DNA of 64,000 nt from Octopus bimaculoides (taxonomy: Eukaryota), in the NCBI RefSeq assembly GCF_001194135.2, contig NC_068991.1, positions 41,091,382-41,155,381 on the forward strand. Reading direction: 5' to 3'. Shown here piece after piece: positions 45,204-60,000 of the stretch. The notes beneath the pieces were generated by a model. It ran no database searches. It saw only the letters and a list, made by a program, of their open reading frames with translations, and was not told the DNA's origin. Numbering within the stretch: position 1 is the stretch's first letter; each line of letters begins with the position of its first letter. The position numbers were made by a program, and so were the translations under genes.

Positions 45204-48200
45204 CTTCAGGTAGACAGCCCTGCTCAATCTGTAGAAAAGGTGTAGGTAGAAACTCCATAAGATGAACTCAGTGTAAGCTATGGACACATAAGAGGTGCAG
45301 CAATATCAGAGAATAGTTTTTGTGTGTGGATGGTGCACAGGTACAATTAACATTAAAAAAATAAAAGTAGTCAATAACTTCTGTTACCAAGTCAGTAATG
45401 GGGGTGGATGCTCTGAGAGCATGGCTGCTAGAATAAGAACAGGCCAGGCAAAGTTCAGAGAGCTCCTACATCTGGTAACAAAGGGTCTCTCTCACAGAGT
45501 GAAAGATGCCCATGTGTGATGGGCATCACAGAGTGTATGATACCCATGTGTCAACAGTCACGCTACATGGCACTGACTGCTGAGGACATGCAGGCTCATA
45601 AGAAATGAAGCTAGTATGCTTCACTGGATGTGTAGTGTCAGTGTGCATGCATGACAGAGTGTAAGCATCCTGAGGGAAAAGCTGTGTGAAGTGTCACACT
45701 AACAGTGGAGGGAACCTGTGGAAGAGGTAGACCCAGGAAAACATAGGACAAAGTGGTGAAGCATGATCTTTGAATGCTAAGCCTCATGGAGGCAATGACA
45801 AGAGACCTTTGACAATATGCTGTGCTTCAGAAGACCTGTCAAGTCAAGTGAGATTGTAGTCGTGGCTGATGTCAGTGTTGCGTAATTGGCACATAAAAGG
45901 CACCCTTCAAATGCTGGGTAATATGCTGTACTTGAGACGACCTGTCAAGCCAAGTGAAATTGAAGTTGTGGCCGATGCCAGTGCTGTCTGACTGGCACCC
46001 ATGCCAGTGGCATGTAAAAAGCATTGTTCAAGTGTTGGGCCTCACGGAAGCAGTGACAGGTGACTGAGACCTTTGGTGATACACCGTGTTTGTGAAGACT
46101 TGTCAAGCTAAGTGAGACCGTAGTTGTGGCTGATGCTGGCATCATGTCAATGGCATGTACAAAGTACCCCCTACACTCTTGGAGTGGTTGGCATTAGGAA
46201 GGGTATCCAGCTGTAAAAACCAAGCCAAATCAGATTGGAACCTGGTACAGCTCCCTGGCTTACCAGTTTTCAGTCAAACCGTCTTACCCATGCCAGCATG
46301 GAAAGCAGTCATTAAACAATGATGATGATGATGAAGCTACTACCTCTCTCTTAGATTGAAAATCAGATTGTATGATGCTTATGTATGAACAGCAATACTA
46401 CACAATAGTGATATGTGGGCAGTGAATGCAGAAATGAACTAGCACACTGCTGAATGTGCAATGTCAGTGTGCATATACAAGGTGTAAACATGTTGAGAGA
46501 AAAATTCAGCATAAGAAATATCAGATGTAGTGTGTAAGAAAGAAGATTGTGCTGATATGGTCATGTAAAATGCATAGACAAGGACAGCTGCATAAAGTGC
46601 CAATCACTAAATGTGGATGGAACTTGTGGAAGAATGACAAGCTCGTTACTAATCTCTTCTTATTTAGTGAGATATTCGAGTAAATTTATTCCCCAATAAT
46701 ATTTTGTCTACAATTGCTAAATGTGGATAGAACTTGTGGAAAAGGGAGATGCAAGAAGACATAGGATGAAATACTGAAGAATGTTGTTCAGATGTTGAGC
46801 CTTATGGAGATGACAAAAGACCAAACTATGATTTCCTGTGCATGAGAAGACCTGTCCATTTCAACTTAAAGGAATCCTGAAAATCATATATCTATGCCCC
46901 TGCATCCAATCTATCCCTGTTGAGTCTCTCCCCTACAACTCATCTTCCTTACTTCCACTCTTCTGAATATGGTCCTATTCACTCAGAACTGCACATATTT
47001 CATCCCCACTATTGTGATGCCAATTATCACTCTCCCTGGAACTACTTCCTTTTGTCATCCATACTCTCAGTACTATCCCTTCATCTCCTTTTCCCTCATT
47101 CTGCCAATAGCAACCCCAACTATTTTCGCATCTGTACCTCTGACCTTGTCCCATGCACTGTTCATTTCTCTTGCACATTTCACATCATCTGTGCTCTCAT
47201 TTATTACTTCACTGACCAATTATTTCCTTCACCCTTTCCCCCAACAAACTCATATTTGCCATTAAATGTGTCCCTACTTGTGTTCACTATTCACCTCTAT
47301 CCCCTCTTTATTCATCGGCCACTTTCCTGTTACACTTTTGCAAACTTACTACCTACCTTTTTCACTGTCTAATTTTCTGTCCCACTTCTCATAAATTCAC
47401 CTACTTGTGCATTAATGGCATGCCCAGACACCTTATTATCACCATCTTCTTTCATTTTCCAGCTGGGGTAACCATGTATCTTCTCTACAATAAGATACCT
47501 GTTCCTGTCCATCTATCATATTTTAGCCACTCATCACCTGGCATTAAGCCACCTCCCTCAATACTACACTTCCACTCATTGCAAGTTACTTAGTGACCTC
47601 ACTAGTGCCAGTCCCATGAAAACAACACCCAGTACACTCTGTAAAGTAGTTGGTGTTAGGAAGAGCATCCAGCCTTAGAGACCATGCCAAAGCAGATATA
47701 GCTTAGTGCAGTTTTTCTGGCTTATCAGATCCTGTCAAACCATTGACCCATGCCAGCAGAGAAAACAGATGTTAAATAATGATGGTGATATTATGTATGT
47801 ATGTGTGTGTGTGTGTGTGTATGAATTATTGTTTCAATGTCCACTTTTCCATGCTCACATGTGTCAGAATTAACTGAGATAAATATTTTACAGTCTGATG
47901 CCTTTCTTGTCACTAATCTTTGCTTTTTCCGAGGCAACATAATATTTTTTCATGATAGGTCATGTTTTCACAGGAGACTGAAAACAAGGAACACTGCTTG
48001 TATAATGGCGATGCACATTTATAAATATTACACATTGTCATGACAAGTTACAAGCAAGTGCACATACACATAAGTGATAGACTTCTTTTAGTTTCCATCT
48101 ATTATATCCACTTACAAGATTTTGGCCTGCCTAGAGCTACAGAAGAAGACACAGGTGCCACACAGTGGGATTGAACCCACCAAAAAGTAGTTAGGTGGGA

Positions 48201-49585
48201 GACAAACAGCTTCACCACTCAGTCATGCCTGCATCTATGTGTGTGTGTGTGTGGTGATGATTCTGTATAGTATGACCAGTAACTTAGCAGTTTGACAAAT
48301 ATGGGTGATTAAATAAGTGTTGGGATTGGCCAAGTAGTACTCAAGTATGGTAGCAGTCCAGTGCCTGAAATCAGTAAAGAATATCTATAAATAAAAGATC
48401 TTACCTGATGACATCTTCAAGTTTCAAAGATGGAATAAACCTCTGAAGCTGTTTAACTTGAGCACTGATGAAAAGACCCCGGTACATTTCATTAAGACCA
48501 AAACTTAAATTCTTCATTGCTATTTTTCTCAAACCACTGCAAATAAATATATAACATCATTAACCCTTTAGCATTTGAACTGGCCATATCTGGCCTAAAT
48601 ATTCTACCAGTTTTATGCTCAAATTAGCTACATTCAGCCTCTCATACTTGCCCTACAATGTCATTTTAAAAGTAAATGATAACATCATCAAAATCTCAAA
48701 GCTTCAAGATAATACATGCTTAATTGAAAACAATGTGAATAATTAAGTGTTACATTTGACAGAGTAATCTAATTGATAAAGGGCTAATATCATGTGATTA
48801 ATTAAATAATGATAGAATTAATAATGAATTATCATCAAGCTAGCTTTCCGCAACCATTGGCATAATGACATCTAGACAATTCCAAACAAAATTATTAGAA
48901 TTATTTTAAAATGATATTAAGCTAAATTTGAATGTTAGTTTTTTTTATAAAACCTAGTTGTTGTTGTTTAACCTCAAGTCAGCTCTGATTGAGTATATCT
49001 ATGACCAAAGACATTCTAGCCTTTATTATTCAATCTTTTTACTGACTTAAGATACATTATCCAATGTATCCTCTTAAAAATGGTGGGGTCTGGTTTTGGA
49101 GTCATTTGGTTGCTATTTCTAGTGAATTTTCCTAAAGATTTGTTCATTAGGTGGATACAGCCAGCAATAATCTCATAGCATCTCTTCCTCATAACAGGAT
49201 AAACAGCAACAACATCAATATACTCTAAAAAGGCTGAAGAAACCGAAAGTCACTGTTTCTCATCAAGATAGTAAAATTCAATTTTTGGTTCAAGCCTGAG
49301 AAAAAAAAAACATTGATTTCTTACCTGTAAGACAGTGCGTCTATCATATCTTTGGCACTGAAACTAAAGAATGTATAACCTTCTCTTTTGAAAGCCAACA
49401 CAGCATTTGGACCTAACCACACACTGCCATCAACACGAGGTGTGAAATGGACTCCAAGGAATGGAAATCTGGGATCAGGTACCTGTTAATAAAAATGCGT
49501 TAAGATATAAAAAGAGATTAAAAAGATTATCCACAATTAAAAATAGAACCCAACAAATATCTGTGCTGAAAAATGTCATTGAAAC

Positions 49586-49622
<37 letters not shown>

Positions 49623-51138
49623 CAGTCATTAGCTTCGTGTGATTAAAATGCGAAATGTTTGTGTGGTTTAGAAGTTTGATTCTCAATTACTTGGTGTCAG
49701 GTTCAGTCTCATTGCATGATACCTTGGGCAAGTGTCTTCTTTTTAATATTCCATGAAAATATGTTTGGCTGTAATGAAATATTACCTTGCTTCAAAACAG
49801 CTCAGGGTTAGTGACAGGATGGGCAGCAGGCTGTAGAAAATTTGCCTCGAAAAATTCTGACTATTGTAAGCTTGGAAAAGTGGATGTTAAAACAATAATG
49901 ATGATGATATAATTACTTTATCCAGAAGTTCTGGTGGCTATGAGAAGTGAAGCATTCACAATTTATATGCTCTGTTGAAAACATAACACTTGCAGATATG
50001 AAGGCAAGTTCTATGAACTAATCTAACACTATACAATATGACCCTGTGTATACATACATGCATATATAAATGTATCATCATTAGTTTTTTCTCCCTTACT
50101 GGAGTGGGCTGGACAGGATTGCAATGCAACCATCCTCCACATCCCTCAGTCTCTAATGCTCAGAGAATCTCCAAGTATTTGGTGATTGTTTGGGTTATTT
50201 TGGTTTGCATGACGTTTTGCCAGGACATTTTACCACAGGATGTCCGCTATTTCACCAAAATTCATAATAGTTATACATAATTATAAAACAATAATATCCT
50301 ACAAAAATGATACTTGCTGTCAAAGATGGAAGAAAATGGATGTAAAACCAGTCATGACAATAACACATATTTTTTTCACGTCTGGCCATATAGCCTTTCT
50401 TGTTTATTTTCACTGTTTCGTTTTCCTGTCTTGTTTTCTGTCCGCCACTACATTCCTCCACGTTACAAATTTAATTTAAATTTAATTTGTGGTCTGTGGG
50501 AAGAGCCATTCTAACAATGCATCCTGCCCTAACTCTTCGAAACGCTTAGTTTTAGAATGGTGGCAGCTGATGAAGGAAATGTTCTCTATGTGGCCTGTGT
50601 GTTTTCTGTACTCTGTTTATCATTTTGTCCACGTTTTTTTTGCTACGTCCTGTACCCAGATATGCATCTCTATATACATGTAGATGTAGGTATGTACATA
50701 CATGTATGTATATACGCATATACTCATATATTATTTGTATTATATATATGTATATAATCAAAATAAGCAACACGGATTTTAAAGATTATTGCAGTACACA
50801 CATTTCATGCTACTCCATTTATTTAAGCAATGCGAGCATTACATTAAATGTAAAATGCAGAGCAATCTCCAGCTGCACAAGGATGCAGAAAATTTACTGA
50901 AAATTTCATTTCAGCAGAATGGACATATTACTGTTGTGACAACATTTAAAATCTAAGTTGGAAAGAAGAATACATAAAAAAAAAACCATCTTGACACAGC
51001 CAAGGCTAGCAGGCTAGTAATTAATTCTAGGTAGAATTCTAACTGTCCCTGATTTTATTTGTTTCTTATCTAGTGATTTAAAGCTTAAGGGGGCAATCAA
51101 CCTTTTCACGAGTAAAGAAGTATATGTATATATAGTTT

Positions 51139-51190
<52 letters not shown>

Positions 51191-53952
51191 AAAAGTTGAA
51201 ATTCAACCAAAATTTTGGTCAAACATGTTGAAATGTTAAAATACAGAAATACAAATAACGTGAGTGAAACAAGTGCATTTTTCTAAATATGTGAGCAATA
51301 TTTTGATATATGGATGAGAATATGTTATTGCTGTACTGTTTACTTATTTACCTAATATGGAATATAAATTCATTAGCCTTAAAGTGAATTATTCATTCCT
51401 TCATTCATCAAGGTGCATGTCTCTCCAGCTGGAGAAATCTATCTCTCAACCAGCAAGCATCATCTAACAGATGATGCTAGGTGGTTGGAATTTGTTTTGA
51501 AGATTTACCTTACTCATCTCACTAGATCCGCAGGTTGGCAAGGCTACATTTTGAGGCATCTTGATAGAATTTTACTCAAACTGCAGAGAGTTAGAACAAA
51601 TATTGCAAAGTATCTGATCTGACATTCTTACAGTCCCACCAAATCCACTCCCTTAGGCTGGTATTTTTTATCAACCACAAAAGAATGAAAGATAAAGTTG
51701 ATCGGGATGGGGCTTGATTTCAGAATATAAAGAGTCAGAACAAATACTGCAAAGCATTCAATATGATGCTCTAATGATTCTGCTATATTGGTACCTAAAT
51801 GAATTATAATAAAAGAAAAACAGAAGAAATGAAGCAAAAGGATTTTATGGTTTTTTCCACTTCTATGGCAAACTGCTCAGTCATGAACTGTCAAGAAAAT
51901 CCTTTATGGCCAGTTACCTGAATTAGTTAAAATTTCAAATGAAAGAATTCATGGTTTATTATTGATACTTTACCAACATCAGTTAAATCTTTAAAATAGA
52001 CAGAAATAGCAAATGAGTACTCAACTGGATATATGTTTCCTCTGACCATATCACTCTTATGAGGTTTCAATAACAAGTAGTCACCACGGAATGGGACAAT
52101 ACGAGGTTTTCTATCACAACCAGTTTTCTCAGCCAGACGATCAGAATAGAGTCCACCACAGGTTATTAAATACTGACATTGTATTGCTTGACCCTGTGAA
52201 AACAAAAAAAAAAAAAAGTAACAACATAATTTATATCAGTGAATATATTACTGAAGAGGGGATACTTTGTCAATATAATATTAAGGTTATATTGTGTAGG
52301 TTGAATACTGTAAAGATTCTTCCACAATAGATTGTTTGTATATTCGTAAAGTCTACTATTTTAAGACAAAAAAAAAAAAGAAGTAATGTTGTTTATCTCT
52401 TTCATTCCTAAAATGCATGAATAAAGTGAACTACTGAAAACAGCTCCAATAGTGAACCAATGATTTAAAGAGAAATCACAACAGAAGCAAAGTTTATTAC
52501 AGAGTTGGTTAGGTAGTAAAATCTATAAGTTTGTGGCAAATCAACAACCTAGTAAGACAGATGTAGTTCATGGTTTAGAGTTAGGCACATTAGCTCAGGG
52601 TACACTACAGTTCCAATATCCTATCAACTCAACCATTTATGATCTCCTTTTATCTGCTAAGTACATTGGAAATTGTCAAAACTTTAGTGTGTCACAGACT
52701 TCCTGCTAATGGTGGTACAAAGAAGTGGATCCACATTAAAAGATTTATTTTTTTATGTTCTTCACATTTATGGGTGGTGGTCCTCAATAATAGTGACTTT
52801 TAGCTGTAGAGCACACCATGCCATCAAATTGTTGAGCAATGTATGTCTACTGTTTCTTCATGTCCACATATTCAATGATAGCAGACATCCATGCAACAGT
52901 CAATCATCAATTATGAGTGTACAGAATAATGTATGAATGCATTTGTGCATGCATGTGTGCATATTCATGTGTGAATGCATTTGTGTGTGTAAGTATAAAT
53001 ACATGTGTAAAAAGAAATTTGTTTCAACATATACACATTTGTGCTTGTTTGCATTATGTGTAATGCATAAGTGCAGATGTATGCATGTGTGTATGCAGAT
53101 ATATCTGTAAACGTATCTGTGAATGTTTCTTTGAATGTGCATGTACATGCTATATGTAAGCAAATATTTTTTTTTAAAGTATCTTTTCTTCAAAAATCAT
53201 TGTAGAAATTACCTTTTTCACATCACCCATAACTGTCACAGGATATTTTAAATTTTCTGTTGACATCGAAAACTTGTTAGCAGCAAAATCTGTGAAGATA
53301 TGGCCTCCACATTTTTTAAAATTTTCTCCATAACTGAGAGCAACCTGTCTCCAATCTACAATTCCTGTATGGGGTGAATGAATAGCTCGCAGTCCCTAAT
53401 AATATAAAGGAGAGATAAAGCATAAATTTTAAAATGAAATTTTCTTATTACTTAATAATTTAAAAATGAGAGCTTTAGCTGGAATAAATTTTAACAAGAG
53501 TGAACAATAAACTGAACTGATGATAGAATCTGTTCTCCTGGTCTTGTCTAACTAGCTATAAGTATGTAGGTACCATAGTGATGTTGAGTCTATTAATATA
53601 GATACTGAGAGAACTTTAAACTGACATAACTTGTAATGGGCTGATGTTATTTAGATATCATCATCATTTTAACTTCCACTCTTTCACATGTGTATGAGTC
53701 AGATGGAATTTGTTGAAGTAGCTTTTCAAAGGGCAGATGCCATTCCTGTTGTCAACCCTCACTTGTTTCCATGCGGGGTAATATTTTCCCATTACCAAAC
53801 TTATTTTCATAGAAGACTGGAAATGATGGACTCTGCTTGTATGAAAATGAACCCATTTACAACTATCATGCACTGTCAAGACAAGGAGACATAAATACCC
53901 AAACATGTGCAACACACATACACATATATGTACATATACATCTTATATATAA

Positions 53953-54006
<54 letters not shown>

Positions 54007-57000
54007 NNNNNNNNNNNNNNNNNNNNNNNNNNNNNNNNNNNNNNNNNNNNNNNNNNNNNNNNNNNTATATATATACACATATATATATATGAGGTAATGC
54101 TGAAAAGTTCCAAGCTTTGGGTAAAAGAAAATACAGGAGGATCAGTTAATTATGATTTTATTCAATATATCCCCCTCTCAGACTCACACATTCATTGCAG
54201 TGATCCTTCAGTTTTCTAAGCCCTGTAAAAGAACCTGGAAGTTTGGGCCTCCAACCAGGTCTTTTGTGATACTCTTAACTCTTAAAGCCAGGAACTTTTC
54301 AGCACCCCCTAATATATATGTTGGATATGTCAGCTACACAAAGGAGAGGTGCCTGAATTTAAGGAGTTAATGTTGGGAAAATCTGGTTTAACTTTCAATT
54401 AGTTATCAACATTATCACTAGATTAAAATATCTTTTTTATAAATTATAGCAAAATATATAGTAAACAGTAGTTTCCATATGATCTAAAACTCAATAAGTG
54501 CACCTCTCATATGGATATCTTTAGTATATATGACAGAATTCTTTCAATTAAATCAATTAAATTTAACTTATTCTTATTCAGTCTCTTTTAATACACAGAT
54601 GAAGCTATTTTAGAACACTAAGACATACTTTGACCTAATTTAGTGCATAGAATTCTCAATTTCATCCTGGAACTAAGGTTAACATGAGGTCAGATACAAA
54701 GTAAATTTTATAGCCATCTCCTTGTCATTTTCGTTTTGCATCTTAAACCATAGAAAAATAAAGAAATAAGCTAACCACGCTTGAATAAATTCAGTTCACT
54801 TCAGATGAAGTGTATAGCAGAATATTGTGGGTTGCACATACTCTATGCAGCAGAAACATGCATCAGTTATTTTGACTAATTAATTATGCTGTATAATTAA
54901 CTGTTAAATTAAAAGAAAAATTTGAGGATGTAACCGTCTCCGTATTCTTTGTAATTGTTTTGGATTTTGGGCACTAAACTCTGCTTGCAAAGACCTGTTG
55001 GGGCAAGTGAAATCGAAATCGAAATTGAACCAAATTCGATGACTGGCACCCATGCCAGTGGAGCGCTAATAGTGCCATCCGAGCAGGATCATTGCCAGAG
55101 CAGCTGTCTGGCTTCCGTGCTGGTGGCACATAAAAAGCACCATTTGAGAGTGTTTGTTACCAGCATTGCCTTACNNNNNNNNNNTAAAAAGCACCATTTG
55201 AGAGTGTTTGTTACCAGCATTGCCTTACTGGCACGTGAACAAAACATTCGAGTGAGGTCGTTGCCAGTGCCGCTGGACTAACTCTTGAGCAGGTGGCACG
55301 TAAAAAACACCATTTGAGCATGGCTGTTGCCAGTACCACCAGATTGGCCCTCATGCCGGTGGCACGTAAAAGCACCCACTACACTCTCAGAGTGGTTGGC
55401 GTTAGGAAGAAACTCTGCCAGATCAAATTGGAGCCTAGTGCAGCCATCTGGTTCACCAGTCCTCAGTCAAATAGTCCAACCCATGCTAGCATGGAAAGTG
55501 GATGTTAAACGATGATGATGATGATATGGGAGAGGAAGCTGAAAGAGTCTCTTGTTGGATTTGGAGCAAGAGAAAGGAGTTAAGCTGGAATCCAGGAGAT
55601 GAGGAGCAGTGACTCTGCTGACCCACCAATGGGAGGGTGTTACGGTTCAGGGTCGAAACACCTGATGGACATTGGATATCATCTGATGACATCAGTTCCC
55701 CCTGGCCAAGGCTCCATTCATTTTGGTAAATGGAAAAAGCATCTCCTTATAGGTATTAACACAGACACACACACACAGATATGATGGGGGTTCTTTAGGT
55801 TTCTATCAAACAAATCCATTCACATGGCTTTGGTTATCCTAGTAGTAGACACTTGCCTAAAGTTCCATGCAGTGGAAATGAATCTGAAACCACGTGGTTG
55901 GAAAGTAAACTTTTTAATCACACAACCATTCCTAAATTATTCAAATAACAATATCTAGGTTAATGTTTATCGCCAAGTCAACATGGCAGTCCTAAAAATA
56001 GGACGAATACTGCCGTTGATTAGCTCCAAGAGGTCATCGCCTCTAGCTAGCTATGTGACACACGAATCTGTGTCCATTACAACCTTTGAACAGAGGAGGT
56101 CAGCCGCTTTCCCTTGCTGGTCTGGCATCTACAGACTAGTTTCGAGGTATTGCCTCTTATCAATGTAGAGCAGCCGAACATTCATATAAACTTCTGACAC
56201 TACAACCTTGATGAACAGTGATTTATATATTGATTTGGCTGATAGATGAATTTTTTTTTTATACTCTTTCTCTTTTACTTGTTTCAATCATTTGACTGCA
56301 GCCATGCTGGAGCACCGCCTTTAGTCAAGCAAATCGACCCCAGGACTTATTCTTTGTAAGCCTAGTAGTTATTCTATTGGTCTCTTTTGCCGAACCGCTA
56401 AGTGACGGGGACATAAACACACCAGCATTAGTTGTCAAGCAATGCTAGGGGGACAAACACAGACACACACACACACACACACACACATACATATATATAC
56501 ATATATACGACGGTCTTCTTTCAGTTTCCGTCTACCAAATTCACTTACAAGGCTTTGGTCGGCCCAAGGCTATAGTAGAAGACACTTGCCCAAGATGCCA
56601 CGCAGTGGGACTGAACCTGGAACCATGAGGTTGGTAAGCAAGCTATTTATCACACAGCCACTCCTGCACCTATTATATATATTTTTCTTTTTACTTGTCT
56701 CAGTCATTAGACTGCAGCCATGCTAGGGCACCACTTTGAAGAACTTTTAGTTGAATGAATTGACCCTAGTACTTTTTTTAAAAATCCTGGCTCTTATTCT
56801 ATCAATCTCTTTTGCCGAACCACTAAGATACAAGGATGTAAACATACCAACACTAGTTGTCAAGCAGTGGTGGGGGACAAACACAGACGCACACACACGA
56901 CAGATTTCTAGTTTCCTTCAACCAAATCCACTCACAAGGCTTTCGTTGGTCTGAGACCTTAGTAGAAGACACTTGCCCAAGGTGCTACACAGTGGGACTG

Positions 57001-60000
57001 AACCTGGAACTATGTGGTTGGGAAACAAGCTTCTTACCACACAGTCACATCAGTGCCTATTATTAACATTTTTTTTCGAGTTTATAATAGTTCATATATT
57101 TGAAAAACAAAAGAAAGAAAAAATTGCAAATATTTAAAATTGTTTTCAATCATTACATATATTTATTACAATTTATTTCATGCCTTTTGTATGTAGTGAA
57201 TACTTAGCAAAATTTGAACATGCATATCTGTTAGAAATATTATGAAAATATGTAGCAAACTAGCCAAGAAGTTAGCTGTTTGTATCTTGTTATGTCATTG
57301 TGTTGTATCTATGGTCAATATACTTAACCCAGTTTATTTGTCTATAAATAGGTGCCACTTAGTAGCAATAACGTTACATGATAGTAAGTGGTAATATTGT
57401 GAAAATGATGAAGGTTTTGTTAGCTTACTCTGCTACAGTCAATAGCCACATGAAAATATAAGAGAGAGAGAAATGGGTTCTACCAAACTGAGTTGACCTA
57501 AATGTATTACATAAAGACAAAGTTTTCAGTGGTGCTTTCATTACTGTGTAACCAGTTACTAAACCATATATGCCACACTAAATTTTTTAAAGGTTTTTAA
57601 TGGAGTGGGGTGGTACCTTCAATTGTTCAACAGGTCAAATTAAGATATTCAACCAATTGTTAAACACCACTTGTTATAGGATGAACATCAGCTCCAACAA
57701 AAGAAGCAAACCATCCCAACAATATCTCGATAGCAAAAGTAAAAAGCATGCTACAAAGTGAACTAGGAGAACACTAACACCATTCCCTATTAGTGTCAGT
57801 ACTGTTTGGTATTGCTCTGTGTGTGTGTGTGTGAGAGAGAGGGGGGGGGCTGATACTGTTGAAAGGTACTAAAATCATTGTGATGTCCAGTCAACATCTA
57901 ATGAATGGCTGTGTCTAAAATAATAAAGTAATGTTTACTTTCATTTTAAGAAAATTAATAGATAAAGGCATGGAGGTACATGGCCTACTGGACAGGGTGT
58001 TGCACTCATGATTGTAAGGTTGTGGCTTCAATTCCTAGACTGATGGTGCATTGTATTCTTTATTTGATAATACTCCAGCCCACTCAGCTGTAAATGAGTA
58101 ACCCTGCAACAGGCTGGCATTCCACCTAGCCAGTGGGGTGGCATCATTCAAAACCTTTAGCAATGCAAAGAAGCACATTGTGATCAGTGGTGTATAACAA
58201 CATCTAATAGTCTGTATAACAACATCTAATAGTGATACAGTGAAAAAATAAAACAAGTATACAATTTGTTCAGTTCAACTTACAACACAGTTTGGTTCAA
58301 TATCTTTTATTTCTTTAGGACCAACCATTCTCATACCTTTCACATTGTTTTTCTGTCCTCGTTCATAGAGATTATCAAGCCTAGAAAGTTCCTCGGGATT
58401 CGTTGCTACAATCAACTGCCAGAAAAATAATCTTGATTAAGTATAATTAGTCGTATAACAGCAATTAGGAAAAAAATTATTTACATACAACAATTTAACT
58501 CAGAATTGTAAGACTAATATTATTTCGACACTGATAAGAAATATCAATAATTTCTTTACAATCCTAATACATAAATACACATTCAAATACAAATATACAT
58601 ATACTATACCAAAAAAGTTAACTGCATCAGTTTGCAGAGAGTGAATACAAACAACAGCAATTTCATAAGGTCATCAACATCATCATCGTTGCTTTAACAT
58701 CTACTTTTTCATGCTTGCATGGGTCAGATGATAGTTTTTTAGGTCAATTTTCTATGGTCAGATGCATTTTCAGGTCACCAATCCTTACTTGTTTCTTTTG
58801 CTATAATCACCAGACAGAGGAAGATGGGCTGCTCTTCCCTACCTAAGCAGCAGCAATAATAACAACAGAAATAATGGAAAGGGCAGTGGAGAGATAGAGT
58901 GACAGTAGTGTCCTTGGCTAAATGCCTACCAACATTTACTTTTGTTCTTTTATATTCTGAGTTAAAATTCATAGAGATCAATTTAGCTTTTCATCCTCTG
59001 GGAAAATAAAATAGCCAACAACTCTATACTGGACTTCATTCAATTGATTATACACTGTTCCTCTACAAATTTGAAGTTAATGTAAGAAATCAATATTTGT
59101 AGGGTGCTGAAAGTCAGAAATAACAAAGAGTTGGTTATAATGTCTTGTATTTAGAGTTGTTTCTTTACTTTCTGGATTCAATTCCAGTTAGAGTTAAATT
59201 TACCTTTCATTCAAGATTTTCCTTTAAGATAATGAAAGAATCAGTTTCACCATTGATAAAGATCACTTACCTTACCACATTCCTTATAAGGTATGTTGTT
59301 TTCATCACAATATTTGTATGCCTTGTGGAAGCCTTCAACACACAACTTTGCCTTCAAAGACCCAGGTGTGTAGTATATTCCAGCATGTATAACACCACTG
59401 TTGTTGCCACTCTGATGTTTTGCTAGAGGTTATAAAGAATAGAAAATATTTTGTCTGTTGTTTATTTCTATTTCTCAGCTAGCACAGAAAAAGGAAAATT
59501 AGATGGTTAAAGACAGTTATGAATATACATTTTTGATAGTTGACAAATGGCTTATTTCAGTGCTAACATTAACTTTTAAATTGATGATAGAAGTGAAAGT
59601 AATTGGTTAAAATAAAAAGGGAAATTATTCAAATAATAATGAAACTGAAACTCCCTATATGTAAAGTAATAATGAAACAGTGATCAGAAATCCAAGAAAA
59701 TGCAGAACAGTTTTGACCTATTGTGTTTCATCATTTGTGCACTTACTATTAGCACAAATCTGCACAATTTGCCTGCAACTTGATAGTTGAAATACTTGCC
59801 TCTCCTTTATGGAGAACAGTCACTGATATGAAATTGAAGCTATTGTACTGAGAAAATTCCATGTTGTTCCAAACATGTCCACATGATACAGATATTAATC
59901 ACTCATAAACTTTCTCAGGTGCAATCAAACAGATATGAAAATTGTGGTTTAGAACTGGATATGAATGACCCTTAAGTAGATACTTGATACTCAGAAGAAA

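Noticed and set aside
50500-50580. Hammerhead-ribozyme-like words (CGAAAC at 50538-50543, CTGATGA at 50567-50573), reminiscent of Penelope-like LTRs
   Set aside because: I could not build stems I-III around the core in any topology. An Infernal/RNAMotif search would settle it. Similar words at about 49236-49250 and 55645-55695 also lack stems.
55131-55228. Apparent 44-bp direct duplication
   Set aside because: Same artefact: identical 44-mers flanking a 10-N gap.
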